Below, one piece after another: positions 46,441 to 56,192 of a DNA stretch of 64,000 nt. Origin of the DNA: an uncultured Candidatus Cloacimonas sp. (lineage in GTDB: Bacteria > Cloacimonadota > Cloacimonadia > Cloacimonadales > Cloacimonadaceae); contig CAZNGW010000001.1 of the NCBI GenBank assembly GCA_964572925.1, forward strand, positions 11,250 to 75,249. Reading direction: 5' to 3'. Positions within the stretch are counted from its first letter, which is position 1. The number at the start of each line of letters is the position of its first letter. Position numbers and translations under genes: made by a program. Below the pieces are notes generated by a model. The model was not told where the DNA came from, did no database searches, and saw only the letters and a program-made list of their open reading frames with translations.

Positions 46441-48782
46441 CTTCTTTTTCCTCGTCTTACAGCCTTTTGAGCAGGTTTGGGAGCATACTTTTTTTGACGG
46501 GGTGTGAAGTCAACCCCTTTGTGTTTTGGTTTTGCCACCTGGTTAAGCTGGGGTTGGTAAACATGCTGATGAGCTTGTTTATCTCCACTCGGAACGAGGT
46601 ATATATCATCCTCGATGGAAGATATCTCCACCTTAAGGGTATCCATCAATTGGTAGAAATAACCATTTCGTTTATTTACATAACGCATTTCACGATCAAA
46701 ATGATACCATTGGCCTTCCCCCAGGTTTACAGTTTTTATCACTCCAGTAACCGGAATTTCCTTAAGACGAACGATAACTCCAGATCCTGAAGTGGAGATC
46801 ACCATGCCCGAGAATACCTCACCGATTTTTTCCCGCATATAGGCACGACTGTAAACCCGATCTATATCCCTTTCAGCCTGATCGGCTTGCAATTCCTGTT
46901 CTGAAGCAACTTCTGCATATAGTTTTATCTGGCTTTGAGATAACTTTTGATGGCTGCTCTTGATCAAATAGATCTTACAGAGATGATGGATCACCAGATC
47001 GCAAAGCCGACGGATCGGACTGGTAAAATGAGTATAGTCCTTTAATGCCAAACCGAAATGACTGATGTGTTCGGTGCTATAGCGCGCTTTCTTCATGCTG
47101 CGTAGTGTGATCCGATCAAAAACTTCATGATATTCAGGTTTGGGAAATGAAGCCAGAAGATACTGCAAGGATTTATTCAGGTTTTCATGCATCACCCAAG
47201 GCACTCCATAATGAGATAACAAATCTATCAGCTTTTGGAGTTTATTAAAATCAGGATCTTCATGGATTCGATAGATGGTGGTGGGGGAGAGCTGACTAAG
47301 CCTTTGTGCTACATATTCATTGGCAACCAACATGAAATTTTCGATCAGTTTGTGGCTTTCAGTTTCTTCTGCCAGATTTAGCCTTTTTACGAATCCGTTT
47401 TCATCATATTGGTATTCGATCTCCGGTAAATCAAAATATATGTATCCCGCGGCATTGCGTTTCTCGGTGAGCAGTCTGGAAAGCTGACGCGCTTCCATCA
47501 AAACCTCTGCCAGTTTGGAATCAAAATCTTTGTTCTGGCCTTCAAAAAGATCGTCCACTTCTTCATAGGCCAGGCGGAAATCACTCTTTATCACACTTTC
47601 ACAGATATGTTGGGACAGGATTTTGCCCTTGAAATTGAATTCTGTTTCCACGGTAAGGCAGAGTTTCTCTTCACCCGGACGCAAACTGCAGATCAAGTTG
47701 GATAATCTCTCAGGAATCATAGGGATTACTTTCTTGGGGAAATAAAAGCTGTTACCGCGCTTGGCTGCTTCCTGAAAAATGATTCCCTCCACTGGGAGAT
47801 AACTTGCCACATCAGCAATATGCACATAGAGTTTCCATCCGTTTTCCCGCTTCTCCAAAGAAATGGCATCGTCAAAATCCTTGGCTGACACTGGATCGAT
47901 GGTGAAGGTGAAAATGCCTCGCAGATCACGACGTGAAAGATAGTTATCCTGAGTTAACTCTGCTTTGAGGGCATTGGCGGCTTGCATAACATCCTCGGGA
48001 AACTCCAAAGGAAGACCATATTGCCGGATAACCGCTAAAAGCTCGACTTGCGGATCACCTGATTTTCCCAGCACTTCAGTAACTTTCCCTACAGGTAGCT
48101 TGCCTTGGAGCGGACTGCCCCAATTAGTGACAGTAAGGATTACTTTCTCTCCTTCTTTGGCTTCTCCGATTTCGGAAACCTCGAACCAATTATGGATTTT
48201 TGGATTGCTGCACACGAAAGTCCAACGTTTACCGACTTTAATCACATCTCCAGCCAACTGCTCTGAAGCACGCTTGACTATTTTGCGAATAATGCCATAA
48301 TCTTGCCTGCCCTTCTGGAACTTTGGCTCAAGAGCGACTACATCATTATGATAAGCATTGAGGGTGTCTTCAGCTCCGATGTAGTAATCCCGGTCTGGTG
48401 TCCTGACAAAAGCATAAGAGAAATTGCGTGAAAGTGGTGTGGCATCGAAGATTCCCTCAATCAAACGGGGATTTTTTATATCCTGATTCTCTGGCTGTTC
48501 TATCCTGACCTGTTTTCTTCCCGGCTGTGGCTGGGCTAAATCTCTGAAAGTCGTTCTTGGCTTTTTTTCAGGTGTGGGGGAGAGCAGGGCATATTTTCGC
48601 TTGTCCTTTTTCAGAACTCCTCTTCCCACCAAAACGGTTAGTAGCTCACCCAAGGCTTTTTTCTGGAGCTTGTTTAGTTGAAGTGCAGATACTATTTCAT
48701 TGTAACTCAGTGCAATATGAGGCTTATCTGATAAATAACTTAAAAGAGCTTCTTCCAAGGCTTTGATAACAGAGTGTTTCAT
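46437..48782 (-). CDS. rnr: Ribonuclease R
   Basis: TIDPVSAKDFDDA, HIADV, IENFMLVAN, HFTSPIRRLCDL, S1 domain and basic tail. Confidence 0.93.
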   Translation of the reverse strand: MKHSVIKALEEALLSYLSDKPHIALSYNEIVSALQLNKLQKKALGELLTVLVGRGVLKKDKRKYALLSPTPEKKPRTTFRDLAQPQPGRKQVRIEQPENQDIKNPRLIEGIFDATPLSRNFSYAFVRTPDRDYYIGAEDTLNAYHNDVVALEPKFQKGRQDYGIIRKIVKRASEQLAGDVIKVGKRWTFVCSNPKIHNWFEVSEIGEAKEGEKVILTVTNWGSPLQGKLPVGKVTEVLGKSGDPQVELLAVIRQYGLPLEFPEDVMQAANALKAELTQDNYLSRRDLRGIFTFTIDPVSAKDFDDAISLEKRENGWKLYVHIADVASYLPVEGIIFQEAAKRGNSFYFPKKVIPMIPERLSNLICSLRPGEEKLCLTVETEFNFKGKILSQHICESVIKSDFRLAYEEVDDLFEGQNKDFDSKLAEVLMEARQLSRLLTEKRNAAGYIYFDLPEIEYQYDENGFVKRLNLAEETESHKLIENFMLVANEYVAQRLSQLSPTTIYRIHEDPDFNKLQKLIDLLSHYGVPWVMHENLNKSLQYLLASFPKPEYHEVFDRITLRSMKKARYSTEHISHFGLALKDYTHFTSPIRRLCDLVIHHLCKIYLIKSSHQKLSQSQIKLYAEVASEQELQADQAERDIDRVYSRAYMREKIGEVFSGMVISTSGSGVIVRLKEIPVTGVIKTVNLGEGQWYHFDREMRYVNKRNGYFYQLMDTLKVEISSIEDDIYLVPSGDKQAHQHVYQPQLNQVAKPKHKGVDFTPRQKKYAPKPAQKAVRRGKRR

Positions 48783-49219
48783 CAGTATTTCTTACCTATC
48801 TTTACGCTGAGAATCCGATTCAGCTCTTCCTTCTCCTCAGCTTTGGCGGAAAAGCGTAATGATTGACCGCGAAATGCGTCCAATCGTCTGGGAAGTTTGA
48901 AGGTCGAAAGCATTATGCCACGTTTATCTTGATAATAACAACCAAAATCTCCGTAGGGGCGACTTACCTTGAAAAACAAATAACGAATGAGGATTTTGTC
49001 CTCATACAGTTCATATTCAGTAAGCACAAAATATGGAAGAAGATTGAGCAGCACCAAACCCATACCCAGATAATAATAGAGCGGTTGTTGCCAGTTAACC
49101 ACGGTCAGCCAGTTCAGAAACCAGGCAAGACCACTGAGAAACAAAACCAGGATAACCGAACTAAGAGGTCTTTCCATAAACGGCCAGGATTTCCATTTCA
49201 ACAATGGTTCAGGCGACAT
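48782..49219 (-). CDS. Hypothetical membrane protein (two TM segments plus PH-like soluble part)
   Basis: Coupled between yicC and rnr; two hydrophobic segments. Confidence 0.6.
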   Translation of the reverse strand: MSPEPLLKWKSWPFMERPLSSVILVLFLSGLAWFLNWLTVVNWQQPLYYYLGMGLVLLNLLPYFVLTEYELYEDKILIRYLFFKVSRPYGDFGCYYQDKRGIMLSTFKLPRRLDAFRGQSLRFSAKAEEKEELNRILSVKIGKKY

Positions 49220-50084
49220 TTTGCACAATCTCCCTGCATTTTTCAACCTCTTCCTTGATAGTGAGGATCAGCTTGAAACTATTAGACGTGGAGAATTTAG
49301 AACCAAGGGTGTTTGCCTCTCTCTGCATCTCTTGAATTATAAAATTGAGGGTCTTGCCGTTGTCATTAACCAGTCCCAAGGTTTCCCGAAATGTATTGAT
49401 GTGCGTTTTAAGCCGACTGATCTCTTCTCCAATATCATATTTATCCACATAAATTGCCACTTCCTGCACCAAACGTTGTTCCAGGTTGTCCAACTTATAG
49501 GTACCGACTAATTCTTCAATGCGCCGAAGCATCTTTTGAAAGAGTTCTTCCTTGTAGGGCAAACATTGCAATGAGACCGCATTCACCGCATCTTCAATAG
49601 TTTGCATGGAGTCTGATAGTGTTTTCTTCATTTCTTCAGCCTCTCTGATCAAAGAGAGTTCAAGCTTTTCTAAGGCATTCTGCATGCCATCGTTCAGCAC
49701 TCCCAATAGGTTGGCATCTTCGGCAAGGTTGTTACTGCTTTCAATCACTCCAGGTTCCTGGAGCAAGAATTCCAAAGAGATCTGGTTACTCTGTCCGGTA
49801 AGAACTGCCGCGTTTAAAGCCATCTCATGGTATTTCAAAAGCTTGTTTTTATCCAGAATGAGTTTTGGCTCACGGTGATCTGTGTAGGAGATTCTTATTT
49901 CTATGGTTCCTCTGCTAACAAACTGGGGGAGAGTTCTGCGAATGCTTTCCTCATAGAACATCAGTTCACGTGGAAGGTATAAACGCTGATCGAGGTAGCG
50001 GGCGTTTATCGATTTTATTTCTATTTCCAAGTCAATTCCGTGTTTACTTATTTTGGAATTCCCAAAACCAGTCATACTTTTCAT
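49209..50084 (-). CDS. yicC: YicC/YloC-family endoribonuclease
   Basis: MKSMTGFG, DIGEEISRL, LNFIIQEMQREANTLGSK, EKCREIVQNV. Confidence 0.93.
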   Translation of the reverse strand: MKSMTGFGNSKISKHGIDLEIEIKSINARYLDQRLYLPRELMFYEESIRRTLPQFVSRGTIEIRISYTDHREPKLILDKNKLLKYHEMALNAAVLTGQSNQISLEFLLQEPGVIESSNNLAEDANLLGVLNDGMQNALEKLELSLIREAEEMKKTLSDSMQTIEDAVNAVSLQCLPYKEELFQKMLRRIEELVGTYKLDNLEQRLVQEVAIYVDKYDIGEEISRLKTHINTFRETLGLVNDNGKTLNFIIQEMQREANTLGSKFSTSNSFKLILTIKEEVEKCREIVQNVA

Positions 50085-50204
50085 TTATACTCCTTTTAAA
50101 AAAACGCCAAAGCAGAGAGGGGATAGAAGTTTACCGGACAGCGGTTTATCAAACAGGTATGCAAGTTTACATAACATGCCTTATGGCAACATTGCTGCAG
50201 GAAG

Positions 50205-51482
50205 CTAATCACAGATCAGTGTCCCCGCGGTTGCATCTTTCACGTTGGCTTTTTTAAGCTTTCCTATGTCAGATTCCATCCCATTTAAAACTGCAATCTT
50301 GAAGTCTCTGGTTTTCCCGGAAACTTGTTCCCTGCTTTTTCTGCTGAAATCTTCCACGTATACTTCAATTGTTTTTCCGATCTGTGCCCGGAAACGCTCC
50401 AGTGTGATCTTGCGTTGTAATTCTATCATTTTCTGGAGTCTGGCTATGCGAATATCCTCAGAAAGCTGATCTGCAAAATTGGCTGCCAAAGTGCCTTCCC
50501 GAGGGCTGAATTTAAAACAGAAGGCATAATCAAATCTTATTTCTTGCATGATAGCCAAGGTATCGGAAAATTCACTGTCGGTTTCTCCAGGGAATCCAGC
50601 GATAATATCAGTTGTTAACGCTATGTCAGGGATAGCCTTACGTAATTTTGTCACGATATCGAAATAATGCTCTGCACTATAACCTCTATTCATGGAGGAC
50701 AAGATACGTGTATTACCGCTTTGCATTGGTAAATGTATATGTTCGCATACCTTAGAACAACTGGCCATGCTTTCGATCAATGCATCCGAGAGATCTTTGG
50801 GATGTGATGTAATAAACCTAATACGTTCAATCGTATCAATTCTGTTCAGCTTCATTAGCAAGCTTGGGAAATCAATATTGCCATCATGATATGAGTTTAC
50901 GTTTTGTCCCAGTAGAGTGATATCTTTCAATCCCCCATATCCAGCGTTTTGAACCTCATTATAGATGTCCTGCCAGTTACGACTGCGCTCCCTGCCTCGG
51001 ACAAAAGGCACTATGCAATAGCTGCAAAAATTATTACAACCTCTCATGATTGTCACGAATGCACAAGTATTGTTTTTATGAACAGGCAGATAGTCCAGAT
51101 AAACCTGATTTTGATCGAAATCAGCCAGATAGGGATGTTCACCATCTTTGGAAAGAAGCTCCGGCAAGCGGTGATACTGGTCTACCCCAATCACAAGATC
51201 TATACCTTTCTCAAACAGACTCTTCCCCATTCTTTGAGCCATACAGCCCAGAAGTCCAATTTTTAGATTTGGTTTCGCCTTCTTACGCTTAAGTTCATTG
51301 GACACTCTGCCCAGCACTCGATCTTCAGCATGGGCTCGTACCGAGCAAGTATTGAAAAGAATTAGGTCTGCCTCTTCGATTATGCTGGTCTCCAAGTGAC
51401 CAGCCTGCCTTAGGATACTGGTGATTAACTCGCTGTCAGCCACGTTCATCTGACAGCCATAGGTTTCTATGTAAAACTTCAT
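50205..51482 (-). CDS. miaB: tRNA-2-methylthio-N6-dimethylallyladenosine synthase
   Basis: TYGCQMN, NTCSVR, GCMAQ, RGCNNFCSYC radical SAM motif, TRAM domain; start 51482 by TAATG coupling. Confidence 0.95.
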   Translation of the reverse strand: MKFYIETYGCQMNVADSELITSILRQAGHLETSIIEEADLILFNTCSVRAHAEDRVLGRVSNELKRKKAKPNLKIGLLGCMAQRMGKSLFEKGIDLVIGVDQYHRLPELLSKDGEHPYLADFDQNQVYLDYLPVHKNNTCAFVTIMRGCNNFCSYCIVPFVRGRERSRNWQDIYNEVQNAGYGGLKDITLLGQNVNSYHDGNIDFPSLLMKLNRIDTIERIRFITSHPKDLSDALIESMASCSKVCEHIHLPMQSGNTRILSSMNRGYSAEHYFDIVTKLRKAIPDIALTTDIIAGFPGETDSEFSDTLAIMQEIRFDYAFCFKFSPREGTLAANFADQLSEDIRIARLQKMIELQRKITLERFRAQIGKTIEVYVEDFSRKSREQVSGKTRDFKIAVLNGMESDIGKLKKANVKDATAGTLICD

Positions 51483-53461
51483 TAGTTTCGCCTTGCTTTT
51501 ATTGCTTTCCAATTGGCATAGCCAACTGAAATTCCATCACTGCACACAATTATTTCCGAGGCGGCAAATCTGTCCAGCAGATTGATGGAAAAGGTAAGAC
51601 TCAGTTTCAGAATCGGAAGATACTTTTTATCTGCCAGATAATCAATGTAGTTAGTGCTATTACCGTTTATAAGATCGTTCAGGATGGTCTCTAGCCTGTT
51701 TTTACCCAATCTAATCCCATCGAAGCGGTCTGGATCGGCATGAGCTTGCTTTGAATAAACTGCCGCAAGATAGGTATAGGTGAGTCCAATTCCGATGAGA
51801 CGGCAGTTCGTTTGATATGGGATCTTGGCCAATTCACTTCTAATTCGTTCAGCAGCCAAAGCGAGATCATCGTGGTAAGAATTATACAAGGTTAAAAGCC
51901 CGATATTCAGGCTTATTCCATGCTTGCAGTGAGGTTGAGACAAATCTATAAACTCTGTTGAAGCCCCTCCAATGTCTATTGCCAGGTTTACCTCTTCCCC
52001 ACTTTTTTTAGCGAGAGCAGCATGGTAGGCAAACCTTGTTTCTTCTTTGGCTTCCAGTAATTTGCAATTAATATTGTATTTATTGCTTATCCAATTGCTT
52101 AGCTGCTTATAGTTTACAGCAATTCGCGAGATACCAGTGCAAAGCATAACTTTCTCTGTAGGCAAGTATGAATCCAGTTCAAGAATCAGTTTGATAGCCT
52201 GCTTTACTTTGGCAATTCGATAATCTGAGATCACCGATCCTTTGAAGTTCTTACCAAGTGCGGTAGTGTAATAAGCCTTGTGGATGGTTCTTCCATTCTT
52301 GAGATCATACAATAGATAGTTCAGATTGTTCGTTCCGAGATCGAATACGCTAATAAGTTTTCCATCCTTACCGGCAAGCTTTAGATAACTCGATACCAGC
52401 ATTGCTGCTACTTCCTGATTTCGATTTTGGTAGCTTGATGGCAGCTTATGAGAAGGTTCAGTTTTCGCAAAAACTCTTTTCCATTGGTTAACCGTGAGCT
52501 TCAAACTATCAAGTTTAAGGCAATTTGGGTAGTCCTTCAAACCTTCTAACAAAGCAATTTCCTCAGGATAATTATAACGAGGGCAATAGACAATGAACTT
52601 TCCGAACTGGACTGCTTCCGCCAAAGTGCTGTAGCCGGGTTTGCAAATAACTATATCAGCGTTATAAATCAGATCCAGGAAATCATCCTCTTTATTTACC
52701 TGATGATGATTTGTCGCCTTAACTTCTGTCTCAATGGAGATCACTTTTCCCGAAAAGGCAGCACAAAGAACCTCATAGTCTAAGTCCATAGAGCCTTCTC
52801 CTCCAAACATCACGAGTAGAATCTGGGTTTCCTGAGGCCAGTTAAGCTTTTGCCGGATATTCACATAGCTTTTCTTGGCTCTGGCCAGCAGACCACATTC
52901 CGTTGTGTTTGCAAGGGCAGCCACACTATCCTGGGTGCTGAAAGGCAGGCAAAATGAAGCGTCAAATCTACGATACAAAGACCAGATCAGATTCAGCACT
53001 GGAAGCATGGATACATCATCAGCAAACAGCCTGGAATAAATGTAGTGCCAATCAAAATTCGTAATGCAGATTGCAGGGATGGATGTATGTGCAGCAAAAT
53101 CTATTACCAGAAAAGGGGCATCTGCAATGATCAAATCAATTTGGTTTCTGCGAAGAAATTCTATTTCGGTTGCCGCCAGGTTGTTTCGTTGGGAAAGTAA
53201 ATCCAGAATAGCTTGCTTGGTACTGCCCAGATCACTTTTCAAACCAGGAAAGTGCTTAACGCCAGAATCAATTGCCCTTGCATGTATAGTGTGGTAATGG
53301 GGATCCAGATATGAAAACAGAAATGCTGGCCTGCGAGTAACCAGATGGCAGTATATGCCAAAGTTAATGAATTCTTCACATAAAGCAGCAATTCTGGCAG
53401 CATGGCCATAACCATGATCTGAGATGTAAATGGCGAATTGTAACACAGGCATCGTCCTCAC
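51482..53461 (-). CDS. Fusion: GT-B glycosyltransferase-like domain plus Ppx/GppA (ASKHA) domain
   Basis: HGYGHAAR...KPGYSTLAEAV...RYNYPEE, then FDLGTNN...EETRFAY...IDIGGASTE. Confidence 0.75.
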   Translation of the reverse strand: MRTMPVLQFAIYISDHGYGHAARIAALCEEFINFGIYCHLVTRRPAFLFSYLDPHYHTIHARAIDSGVKHFPGLKSDLGSTKQAILDLLSQRNNLAATEIEFLRRNQIDLIIADAPFLVIDFAAHTSIPAICITNFDWHYIYSRLFADDVSMLPVLNLIWSLYRRFDASFCLPFSTQDSVAALANTTECGLLARAKKSYVNIRQKLNWPQETQILLVMFGGEGSMDLDYEVLCAAFSGKVISIETEVKATNHHQVNKEDDFLDLIYNADIVICKPGYSTLAEAVQFGKFIVYCPRYNYPEEIALLEGLKDYPNCLKLDSLKLTVNQWKRVFAKTEPSHKLPSSYQNRNQEVAAMLVSSYLKLAGKDGKLISVFDLGTNNLNYLLYDLKNGRTIHKAYYTTALGKNFKGSVISDYRIAKVKQAIKLILELDSYLPTEKVMLCTGISRIAVNYKQLSNWISNKYNINCKLLEAKEETRFAYHAALAKKSGEEVNLAIDIGGASTEFIDLSQPHCKHGISLNIGLLTLYNSYHDDLALAAERIRSELAKIPYQTNCRLIGIGLTYTYLAAVYSKQAHADPDRFDGIRLGKNRLETILNDLINGNSTNYIDYLADKKYLPILKLSLTFSINLLDRFAASEIIVCSDGISVGYANWKAIKARRN

Positions 53462-53826
53462 TGAAGTATCAGTTTCTTATCATTTTCGTTGCTCTTGATC
53501 TCAATAACAAGGTGATTGGGTAGGCAGATGATTGGCATCCCACTGCTCCAGCCTTGTTTTATACAACGTTTATCGCGGCAATCGGCTTTAACCATGCGAA
53601 CCCTGTTATGCGCAATTTCGATCGTATTATGTTCATCAATGTCCAAGATCATCTTTCCTGAGAGAGGATAAATCCCTGCAAGTTCATTATTCTTGTAAAC
53701 GTAAACCTGTTTGGGTACATCCGTCTTTGAGAAATGTCTGTATGAAGCCACTATTAAGACCAGCACGATCACGACAAGAAGGAGATCTGCTGGACGGATT
53801 TGATTCTTTATATGAGCCAACCACAT
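53458..53826 (-). CDS. NusG domain II (DUF1312-type) protein
   Basis: N-terminal TM; NTIEI...VRMVKADCRDKRCIKQGW...IICLPNHLVIEI. Confidence 0.85.
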   Translation of the reverse strand: MWLAHIKNQIRPADLLLVVIVLVLIVASYRHFSKTDVPKQVYVYKNNELAGIYPLSGKMILDIDEHNTIEIAHNRVRMVKADCRDKRCIKQGWSSGMPIICLPNHLVIEIKSNENDKKLILQ

Positions 53827-53828
53827 TT

Positions 53829-54695
53829 TTACGCTTTGTTGCCGAATTTCGCAGAATAAACGTTCCCTGCATACACATAATTCAAATATGAGGAAGCAAT
53901 AGTGCAGGCAAGCTCAATTTCTTCGCTGGTTGTGGCTCGTTGAGACAGTTTATAATCGGGGTGGTAGGCTGAAATATGCAGGGGTATTCTTTCATCGACT
54001 GAAGCAATGAACTCAGCCAATCTGCGAATCTCATCCTCAGAATCGTTGTAACCTGGAATCAAGAGATTGGTTATCTCAAGATGAATACCTGCCCGATAGG
54101 CTGATTTGATATTATTCTTTACCACTTCCACTCCCGCATTACACAACTCGCGGTAGAAATTGTCATTAATGGATTTCAGATCGATGTTCATGGCTTTTAC
54201 CATAGGAAGAAGCTCAGCAAAAGGAGTTGCATTCAGATAAGCATTGGTAACCAAGACTATCTCTATCTCAGGCGCAGCAAGTGAAAAATCATGAATGTAT
54301 TCAAACCACATCAGTGGTTCTGAGTAGGTAAAGGCAACCTGATGGGGTTCATGACTAAGACATAGTTCTTTCAGATCATGAATGGCAATGGTCTTCGTAA
54401 GGGATTGGGTTTGGCTTATCTGCCAGTTCTGGCAAAAGGAACAGGAAAGATTGCAGGAGTTGGGACCCAGAGAAATAATTCGGGATCCAGGATGATAATG
54501 ATACAATGGCTTCTTTTCAATTGGATCAAGAGCTATTGTGACAGTCCTGGCATAGTTGGTGGCAATTAGCTTTCCTACCTGAGCCATTCTACCCCGGCAA
54601 ATTCCGCTTTGGCCTTCTTTCAGTTTGCAGAAATGGGGGCAAAGCTCGCATACAACGTATTCCCCATCCAAACGATAGTGCATGGCTTCTCTCAT
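53829..54695 (-). CDS. amrS: AmmeMemoRadiSam-system radical SAM enzyme
   Basis: CELCPHFC, DPIEKKPLYHY, CNLSCSFCQNWQISQ, FTYSEP. Confidence 0.88.
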   Translation of the reverse strand: MREAMHYRLDGEYVVCELCPHFCKLKEGQSGICRGRMAQVGKLIATNYARTVTIALDPIEKKPLYHYHPGSRIISLGPNSCNLSCSFCQNWQISQTQSLTKTIAIHDLKELCLSHEPHQVAFTYSEPLMWFEYIHDFSLAAPEIEIVLVTNAYLNATPFAELLPMVKAMNIDLKSINDNFYRELCNAGVEVVKNNIKSAYRAGIHLEITNLLIPGYNDSEDEIRRLAEFIASVDERIPLHISAYHPDYKLSQRATTSEEIELACTIASSYLNYVYAGNVYSAKFGNKA

Positions 54696-55936
54696 TTTTC
54701 CTCCCGGAAGGCTTTTATCACTTCCCGGTAGTGAGTTTCAAGTGCTGTGGCATTTTTCGTCAATACCTTTTTAGCATTTCCACCAATTTGTTTACAATAG
54801 ACCGGATCATCGCAAAGTGTCTGCAAGTCCTGCAGCAGTTTGTCTTTGTCGCTGATTATAATACCGTTGTCCAAGCTGAGTTTCTTTACCGAATCCCGGC
54901 AAGAATGGTGATATGGTCCGATCAGAATAGGTTTGGCATAATAAGCCGGTTCCAAGGGATTGTGTCCACCGAAATCGAAAAAGGAGCCTCCGACTATTGC
55001 TATGTCACAGATAGCGTAAGCTTTATCCAATACACCCAGGCTATCTATGAATAATATCGGGGATAAGTTTGGACCATCTGTTTTGAGGGAAGAATAGTAT
55101 TTAACTGGGTAAGTACCAAGCAAGCCCTGTAATTCATCTATCCTTTTAGGATGCCTGATCGCTATGATGAGCTTCAAGGGAGGGATGGTTCCCCATAGTG
55201 CTTTCCATGCGCTGAGCATCATTTCTTCCTCTCCAGGGCGTGAAGAGCCAAAACAGATTATCAAATCAGTTTCGCTGAACCCCCAGGCCATCCTTATCTC
55301 TTGCGATGAATAATCAGGTAACGCAAGGCAGAACTTCAGGTTACCGGCATTGATCGTCTCTTTTCCAAAGATCTGGGAAAATTTGGTGGAATCTTCTTCA
55401 CTTTGTGCCAATATCTTTCGGACCGGCTTTTCAATTTTTCTGATCAATGCTGATATTGATTTATAACGGGACATGCTTATATCCGAAATCCTGGCATTCA
55501 GGAACAAGACTTTCATTCCCTGTTTAGCTGCCTGTAAGAGCATATTTGGCCAGATCTCAGTTTCAACTATGCAGATTAATCCAGGGTTGATTTTAGCCAG
55601 TTGCCTTTCTCTTAGATGCTTTACATCCAGGACGGATAACCAGGCTTGCACCTTGGGAGAGATTGAAGATGCTTGCTGAAGTCCGCTCAGCGTTACGGTA
55701 GTGATCCCAAGTTTGATTTCGGGATTTTGTTCGGCAATTTTGAGAATCAGAGGTTTAATTGCTGCCACCTCACCCATCGATGCTGCGTGGAACAAAATGC
55801 CTTTACCCAGATTATCCCCATTGCATTTGATAGCCTGGGTATAGCCTTTACTAAGCATAAGTAAATACCAGAATGGAAAAAAAAGGTAGTAAACGAATTC
55901 CAGCAACAGGTTGAAAATCAATAGCAGTATCTTCAT
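54692..55936 (-). CDS. waaA: 3-deoxy-D-manno-octulosonic-acid transferase
   Basis: HAASMGEV, VETEIWPN, GNLKF, RHPKR, GGHNPLEPA. Confidence 0.93.
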   Translation of the reverse strand: MKILLLIFNLLLEFVYYLFFPFWYLLMLSKGYTQAIKCNGDNLGKGILFHAASMGEVAAIKPLILKIAEQNPEIKLGITTVTLSGLQQASSISPKVQAWLSVLDVKHLRERQLAKINPGLICIVETEIWPNMLLQAAKQGMKVLFLNARISDISMSRYKSISALIRKIEKPVRKILAQSEEDSTKFSQIFGKETINAGNLKFCLALPDYSSQEIRMAWGFSETDLIICFGSSRPGEEEMMLSAWKALWGTIPPLKLIIAIRHPKRIDELQGLLGTYPVKYYSSLKTDGPNLSPILFIDSLGVLDKAYAICDIAIVGGSFFDFGGHNPLEPAYYAKPILIGPYHHSCRDSVKKLSLDNGIIISDKDKLLQDLQTLCDDPVYCKQIGGNAKKVLTKNATALETHYREVIKAFREEK

Positions 55937-55950
55937 AACTCTCTACCAAA

Positions 55951-55979
55951 AATAAAAAAGAGACGCACTATGGCGTCTC
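55951..55979 (-). terminator. Intrinsic terminator downstream of tRNA-Asp
   Basis: gagacgc/gcgtctc stem followed on the minus strand by a TTTTTTATTT tract. Confidence 0.75.
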
Positions 55980-55985
55980 AATTTA

Positions 55986-56062
55986 TGGCGGGAGCGACGA
56001 GACTCGAACTCGCGGCCTTCTGCGTGACAGGCAGACGTTCTAACCAACTGAACTACGCCCCC
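55986..56062 (-). tRNA. tRNA-Asp (GTC)
   Basis: GGGGGCGTAGTTCAGTTGGTTAGAACGTCTGCCTGTCACGCAGAAGGCCGCGAGTTCGAGTCTCGTCGCTCCCGCCA: full cloverleaf, GTC anticodon, G73, encoded CCA. Confidence 0.97.
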
Positions 56063-56192
56063 AGCGCGTTCAAATAAGCATTATTGATAGCCATAAGTTT
56101 TACCCGGCTTTTCCTGTCAAGACAAAACTGCAAGTCTGATTCTGGGAATATAGCTAAGCTGTTTAGTTTCATAATTTTTACCAGTTCCATTT

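Noticed and set aside
55986-56062. tRNA-Asp as an integration site for a genomic island
   Set aside because: No integrase and no duplicated tRNA 3' end were seen; flanks are the housekeeping genes waaA and guaA.
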